In this document: positions 27,848 to 32,000 of the stretch, piece by piece
Numbering within the stretch: position 1 is the first letter of the stretch
Layout: every line of letters starts with the position of its first letter
Origin: Pseudoalteromonas translucida KMM 520
GTDB lineage: Bacteria > Pseudomonadota > Gammaproteobacteria > Enterobacterales > Alteromonadaceae
Assembly: GCF_001465295.1 (NCBI RefSeq)
Contig: NZ_CP011034.1
Span: 2,220,001-2,252,000, forward strand
DNA: 32,000 nucleotides
Direction of reading: 5' to 3'
Notes under the pieces: generated by a model
The model's database searches: none
What the model was told of the DNA's origin: nothing
What the model saw: only the letters and a program-made list of their open reading frames with translations
Program-made: the position numbers and the translations under genes

Positions 27848-28876
27848 ATGAGTAAGCAAATAGCGACATTAGGGCAGCTTTTAGATAATGCAGGTACTCA
27901 GTGGCGCGCGTTTGATATTGGTAGGCACATAACTAAGCTTGATAAAAAGCAATTTTTAGATATAGAGCAAGCACAAGTCCCTTACCCATATCCGCTTGCT
28001 GGTCATGCATGGTTAGCTATTCAGTTTTGGGATAGTAAAGCGAGTAAAGAACCTTATGTATGGTTTTTAAAATTTCCAGTTGATGAGCAAAGCAAATTGG
28101 TGAGTGCGAGTCGCGATCACTTTGCCGACATGGTAATTGAAGCACTCGGCACACAGCTTACCGGTGAGCAAGCCGACGGTAAACTTGATAACAACCCTTA
28201 TGTTTTTACACCAAATGCCAATAAATTAGCAGCCTTTAATGCGCAACTTAAAGTATTATTAAAGCAACCTGCATCACAGTATTACGAGCATACGCAGTTG
28301 TACTTTAGTGGCAAGCTGGGTTTTGAAAATTGGCAAAGTGTGGCACTACAAGGCATTGCCGATTTTGCACTGCGCCTAGATAATGAGACTAACTTAGTTG
28401 ATATACAAAAAGCCTGGCCTCATTTGCCCGCTGAGGTATTACAGCCCCTTAGCGCCATGCTTGAGCATGTAGAAATACCGCCCTCATTTAGCCAGTTACT
28501 AGTAGAGTACGGCCAAGCAGCTATAAAAAATAACGACCCGTTTGCTGTTACAGTAGCGCTACGCTCGCTTTCTAAAGCGCAAGCGCAAGGCTTAACCGCT
28601 CAATTAGTCGATAGCGTATTAACTTCATCTGTTAATCAAGATGCTGATGTACTGCTCACTATTGCTGGGCGTTGCTTTAAACAACTAGAAGACCCTGAGC
28701 GCTTACATGTGTTTATGGATAACTGTGCGCATCATCAACAAATTACTGAACTATTTGTGAGTATTTTTGCTGATTTAGTTGCAATACCCACTATTCGCCC
28801 GCATTTATTAGGCTTATTACGTAAAGAAAATCGTAGCGAAACCCTCGCGCGTGCAATTGGAAGGTTATTCTCTTAA
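27848..28876 (+). CDS. DUF3549-like protein of unknown function
   Basis: 342-aa ORF with no recognisable catalytic motif. The family name is from memory. Confidence 0.55.
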   Translation: MSKQIATLGQLLDNAGTQWRAFDIGRHITKLDKKQFLDIEQAQVPYPYPLAGHAWLAIQFWDSKASKEPYVWFLKFPVDEQSKLVSASRDHFADMVIEALGTQLTGEQADGKLDNNPYVFTPNANKLAAFNAQLKVLLKQPASQYYEHTQLYFSGKLGFENWQSVALQGIADFALRLDNETNLVDIQKAWPHLPAEVLQPLSAMLEHVEIPPSFSQLLVEYGQAAIKNNDPFAVTVALRSLSKAQAQGLTAQLVDSVLTSSVNQDADVLLTIAGRCFKQLEDPERLHVFMDNCAHHQQITELFVSIFADLVAIPTIRPHLLGLLRKENRSETLARAIGRLFS

Positions 28877-29176
28877 ATGGCAAGTTTATGGACGTTCATA
28901 CTGATTGGTAGTGTAATTTACTTATTTTGGCTAAACCGAAAAGTAGCCGAGGCGGCGAACGTTCATGCTAAACGCCAAAGCGAACAACTGCAGGTGCAAT
29001 TAATGAGCGTTGCCTGTAGTAAACGCCGCTTTGGCTTTTTAAAAAGTGGTAAACCTGGAGTGAAAAGCGAATTTATTTTTGAGTTTTCAAGTGATGGCGA
29101 AAATGCCTATCAGGGAATACTGATCATGGAAAATGAGTATTTAAAAAGTGTGGTTATTCCACCGCATAAAATATAA
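28877..29176 (+). CDS. DUF3301-like small membrane protein
   Basis: 99 aa. N-terminal TM helix LWTFILIGSVIYLFWL. The ATG immediately follows the upstream TAA (taaATG), which suggests translational coupling. Confidence 0.55.
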   Translation: MASLWTFILIGSVIYLFWLNRKVAEAANVHAKRQSEQLQVQLMSVACSKRRFGFLKSGKPGVKSEFIFEFSSDGENAYQGILIMENEYLKSVVIPPHKI

Positions 29177-29240
29177 CCTTTATACTGCGCTAAAAGTTTA
29201 ATTTAGGGTAAGGGTAAATTAAAAAAGTGAGTAAAACACA

Positions 29241-29269
29241 AAAAACTAAGGCGTAACTAAAGTTACGCC
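29241..29269 (-). terminator. Rho-independent terminator of the GGA-repeat sRNA
   Basis: The minus strand reads GGCGUAAC-UUUA-GUUACGCC (29269-29250) followed by UUAGUUUUUUG. The + strand has no T-run after the hairpin, so it is oriented for a minus-strand transcript. Confidence 0.8.
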
Positions 29270-29610
29270 CCAATTGACAAACATCCTGTTAGGTATCCTT
29301 TACCTGTGTAATCCGTATTATCATCCTCTGAACGAGCAAACAACCTTGTTCACCCTCACATTGCATCCTGCAATATCCTCTTGCCACCTTGGCTGTCCTG
29401 CGTAAACTAACGCTCCGGCTACTTCCTGTAGCACCATCCTTGATTATCCATTAGTAGCTCCAGCCACTTAAGCGCATCATGCACTTTCCTGTTCATCCTT
29501 GCGTCCGTGTTAACTTGTCCGTTTTGCTTCTTGCTAGCGTCTGCTATGTTGCCTACTTCCTTATCCTTGGCAATCACTCAATCATTGAGCTGTGTCGTCT
29601 TGACAAAGTA
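29241..29610 (-). ncRNA. csrB: CsrB/RsmB-class CsrA-sequestering sRNA candidate (5' end approximate)
   Basis: There are 18 GGA on the minus strand between 29284 and 29566, and 0 GGA on the plus strand over the same span. Twelve are AGGA and eight are AGGAU, including CAGGAUG at 29282-29288 and 29364-29370. Several sit in hairpin loops: AGGUA-AAGGA-UACCU (29291-29305), UUGC-AGGAU-GCAA (29361-29373) and GCUAC-AGGAA-GUAGC (29418-29432). No ORF of 60 aa or more is present. A terminator lies at the 3' end and a GacA-like box lies upstream. Confidence 0.8.
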
Positions 29611-29770
29611 AAGTTTAAAGCAAATGGCTAGTAGGTATAGTACCTAGCTGTTAATTATTAAATGGCATTTATATTAAAAAACAAAAATAATAAAAATAAC
29701 CTTTAATATCAATCAAATAGGTAATAAAAAACTATTTCCACGCAATTTAAACTGACAACTCGCACAGCGA

Positions 29771-29788
29771 TGTAAGATATATCTCACG
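29771..29788. promoter_or_regulatory. GacA/UvrY/VarA-type upstream activating palindrome
   Basis: TGTAAGatatatCTCACG compared with the consensus TGTAAG-N6-CTTACA, or the enteric/vibrio variant TGTGAG-N6-CTCACA. The left half is perfect and the right half matches 5/6 to the CTCACA variant. It lies ~165 bp upstream of the predicted sRNA start, across an A/T-rich tract. Confidence 0.55.
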
Positions 29789-29849
29789 GTCATATATCCG
29801 TTTTGGGATATTAACCACCAAGACAGGCTACCTTTAACCTAAATTAAAT

Positions 29850-30491
29850 TTAGTTTTTTGACTTAAATAACAATTCGCCCGCAACCTTATTAAAAGTAAG
29901 CTGCTTAAAGCTTTCAAACCCTTCGGTTTTAAAAAACTGAGTATGCTCTTTGCGCGTTACAAACACCGCCATACCTGCAGACTCAGCATTAGATTGAACT
30001 AGGTCATTTAGGCCTCTTAATAAATAACGCCCAAATCCTTGGCCATGAAAATGCGGATCGACCGCAATAAAAGCTAAAAAATAGTAGTTGCCCTGCTGCT
30101 GTAGTGCATCTCTAATTGTTTGCTCTTTATCTATTAATTGATTGGTTTGTAAGTAACCAGCACTTAACATTAGCTTTAAGCGCCAATGCCAATAACGCTG
30201 CGCCTGTAATTGGCTGTTTGATTCGAACACGCAGGCAACGGCTTTAAGTTTGTCGTTACGATATAAACCAATAAGTGGCTGTTTCTCTTGCCAAAAGCTA
30301 CTTAGCTCTTCGCGAATTAATGACCGAAGCTTTTTTTCGTAGGCCGATTTACTCTCTTGCTCATAATTGAGCATAGTTTGTAAAATAGGATCGTCGTGGT
30401 ACGCCTGATAAATTAAACTCGCGGCAATACTTATATCTTCTGCGGCTAAATACTGTACGCTAAATGTATCGGCTTGGGTGGTCACAGTCAT
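29850..30491 (-). CDS. GNAT-family N-acetyltransferase
   Basis: 213 aa. Acetyl-CoA-binding motif A, FIAVDPHFHGQGFGRYLLRGL. Confidence 0.8.
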   Translation of the reverse strand: MTVTTQADTFSVQYLAAEDISIAASLIYQAYHDDPILQTMLNYEQESKSAYEKKLRSLIREELSSFWQEKQPLIGLYRNDKLKAVACVFESNSQLQAQRYWHWRLKLMLSAGYLQTNQLIDKEQTIRDALQQQGNYYFLAFIAVDPHFHGQGFGRYLLRGLNDLVQSNAESAGMAVFVTRKEHTQFFKTEGFESFKQLTFNKVAGELLFKSKN

Positions 30492-30774
30492 TTATTATTC
30501 CTTTTTTGTATTAGAACAACATATCATTATTTTCGCCTTGTGATTAAGCCATTAGCTTGTCGTTATAATCACTCACTAATTTAATGCGATTGGGTTTACT
30601 CATAGCTACAACTTACAAACATAATAAATTTATATTTTTTCTGTAAATAAGCGCTTTATTAACTCACTTTCTAAACTATAGCTGTAAAGTTATTAATGGT
30701 AAATTCAGCGTGAGTTTAGCTAGCTTAGACTATAGTTTATTTATAATCTTATTTTGACACGCTAGGAGCACAAC

Positions 30775-31011
30775 ATGGATACAACAAAGCACGATATAAA
30801 TACGCTGTTTGCACAACTTGGCTTACCTAGTTCTGAAGCTCAGATTGATGCTTTCATTGCTTCTCATGAGATTGCAGATACAACGTTAATACAAGATGCA
30901 CCTTTTTGGGATGAATCTCAACAGCATTTTTTAGCTGAATCACTGGCAGAGGACAGTGATTGGAGTGAAGTTATTGATGAGCTTGATGTACGCCTTCGCC
31001 AAGGCAATTAA
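30775..31011 (+). CDS. DUF2789-like small acidic protein
   Basis: 78-aa ORF with a GGAG RBS. The family name is from memory. Confidence 0.55.
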   Translation: MDTTKHDINTLFAQLGLPSSEAQIDAFIASHEIADTTLIQDAPFWDESQQHFLAESLAEDSDWSEVIDELDVRLRQGN

Positions 31012-31132
31012 TTTTAAGGTAATTGATTTAATTTGGGACATTTAATGTGCCCCTCTCTATTTATTGTTACTATAGCCTCCACGCAGCAGCTTCATGCTGC
31101 GTACCTATTTATACTAAAGAGTTATAAACCTA

Positions 31133-31396
31133 ATGAATGCTGCTGTATTTGATGCAATTAAAGTCCTTCTAGACGAAGGCAAAGTACCTACTGTCGCGCT
31201 TACTAAAAGTCGTTTAATTAAGCCGGTGCCTATGCCTGTTATTATTGCGGCGGTGAGTCAGTATAAAAACAATCCAGATTCAATTTATAACCTAATGAAA
31301 AGCCAAGTACAACCGAGTGGTAGCGATTCTAAAACTTCGCAGTTAGATAGAATTGAAGAAAAGCTCGACCGGTTACTTACCCTGCTAGAAAAATAA
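31133..31396 (+). CDS. Small hypothetical protein, possible KfrA_N-like DNA-binding N-terminus plus C-terminal coiled coil
   Basis: 87 aa. AVFDAIKVLLDEGKVPTVALTKSRL resembles the KfrA N-terminal helix-turn-helix pattern, and the C-terminus is LDRIEEKLDRLLTLLEK. The similarity is weak. Confidence 0.4.
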   Translation: MNAAVFDAIKVLLDEGKVPTVALTKSRLIKPVPMPVIIAAVSQYKNNPDSIYNLMKSQVQPSGSDSKTSQLDRIEEKLDRLLTLLEK

Positions 31397-31412
31397 TAAT
31401 TCGAGACTATAA

Positions 31413-32000
31413 ATGTTCGTTGTTGATTTAACCTTTGATTGCTACCAAGACACCACTTTAGAGAAAGCCGAACAAGCTATTAACCGCTTGGTTAATGCGC
31501 TACGTTTTAATGGCCAAATAATGGGCGAAGAATTTCCTACTGTTTTAAAAGATGGTTACTTTATTACCCGTGTTATGTGCCCAAACGAAGATGCCATGCA
31601 CCCGCTTAATAATAGTCCGTTTGTAAAACACAGCATTGAGCAATTGCACAGCGCTGGTTTACTTGCGCCAAAAGTAAAAATTATTGGTCAAGATATTCAC
31701 TCTAATGGGTCTGATTGCTGCGCCGAGCCTTCTAGCTATATTTTATACACCACGTATGTGCATACTTGTAGCCCACTTTATTGTGGTGACGACTTTTTAC
31801 CGGTACCGCTATTTCGGATCCCAGCGATTGCTAATGGTGATTATAAAACCTTAATTAAATGGCAAGAAGACTGGCAAGCCTGCGATCAAATTCAAATTAA
31901 TGGCGCAACACGTTGTGAGTTTCCTGCTCTTGAAGAAATTTCGAGTATTAAAAGCGACTTATACCGCCGTGGTAAAGACATTACTAAACGAATTAGCTTT
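31413..32000 (+). CDS. Cys-rich Zn-ribbon-containing protein (DUF2310-like), truncated by the window end
   Basis: The open frame runs from the ATG at 31413 to the window end (196 codons): MFVVDLTFDCYQDTTLEKAEQAINRLVNALRFNGQIMGEEFP...CSPLYCGDD... It is absent from the ORF track because it has no stop. Confidence 0.6.
   Translation, partial: MFVVDLTFDCYQDTTLEKAEQAINRLVNALRFNGQIMGEEFPTVLKDGYFITRVMCPNEDAMHPLNNSPFVKHSIEQLHSAGLLAPKVKIIGQDIHSNGSDCCAEPSSYILYTTYVHTCSPLYCGDDFLPVPLFRIPAIANGDYKTLIKWQEDWQACDQIQINGATRCEFPALEEISSIKSDLYRRGKDITKRISF

Noticed and set aside
29776-29798. A/T-only inverted repeat GATATAT-N9-ATATATC overlapping the GacA-like box, considered as the GNAT gene terminator.
   Set aside because: The stem is all A-T and has no U-run. 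The overlapping TGTAAG-N6-CTCACG dyad is a better explanation, although the two readings cannot be separated from sequence alone.

Overview
The window reads as an AT-rich core chromosomal segment of a marine gammaproteobacterium. Gene content and codon usage look Alteromonadales or Pseudoalteromonas-like, but that is an inference I cannot verify. Most of it is housekeeping, and several blocks share gene order with E. coli: aspS/yecE-like/cmoA-cmoB, purM-purN, yafJ/fadE, mltD-gloB-yafS-rnhA-dnaQ-tRNA-Asp, and yqcA-truC-yqcC. I found no integrases, transposases, CRISPR arrays or phage genes.

The most interesting signal is the largest ORF-free gap, 29177-29849. Its minus strand carries 18 GGA trinucleotides against 0 on the plus strand. 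Many sit in CAGGAUG or AAGGAU contexts inside short hairpin loops. The run ends at a clean rho-independent terminator and lies about 165 bp downstream of a GacA/UvrY-type palindrome. This is the signature of a CsrB/RsmB-class sRNA that sequesters CsrA, and an ORF-based annotation would miss it.

Other items worth a second look:
- seven identical tandem tRNA-Asp(GUC) genes driven by a near-consensus, stringent-type promoter
- an anomeric-sugar-kinase-like gene and a nucleotidyltransferase gene packed behind yqcC-truC-yqcA
- a LysR regulator divergent from a second, atypical adenylosuccinate synthetase
- an orphan CheX-like protein
- a translationally coupled DUF3549/DUF3301 pair
- a FadR-like operator in front of fadE

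DUF, TIGR and family names are recalled from memory and need an HMM search to confirm.
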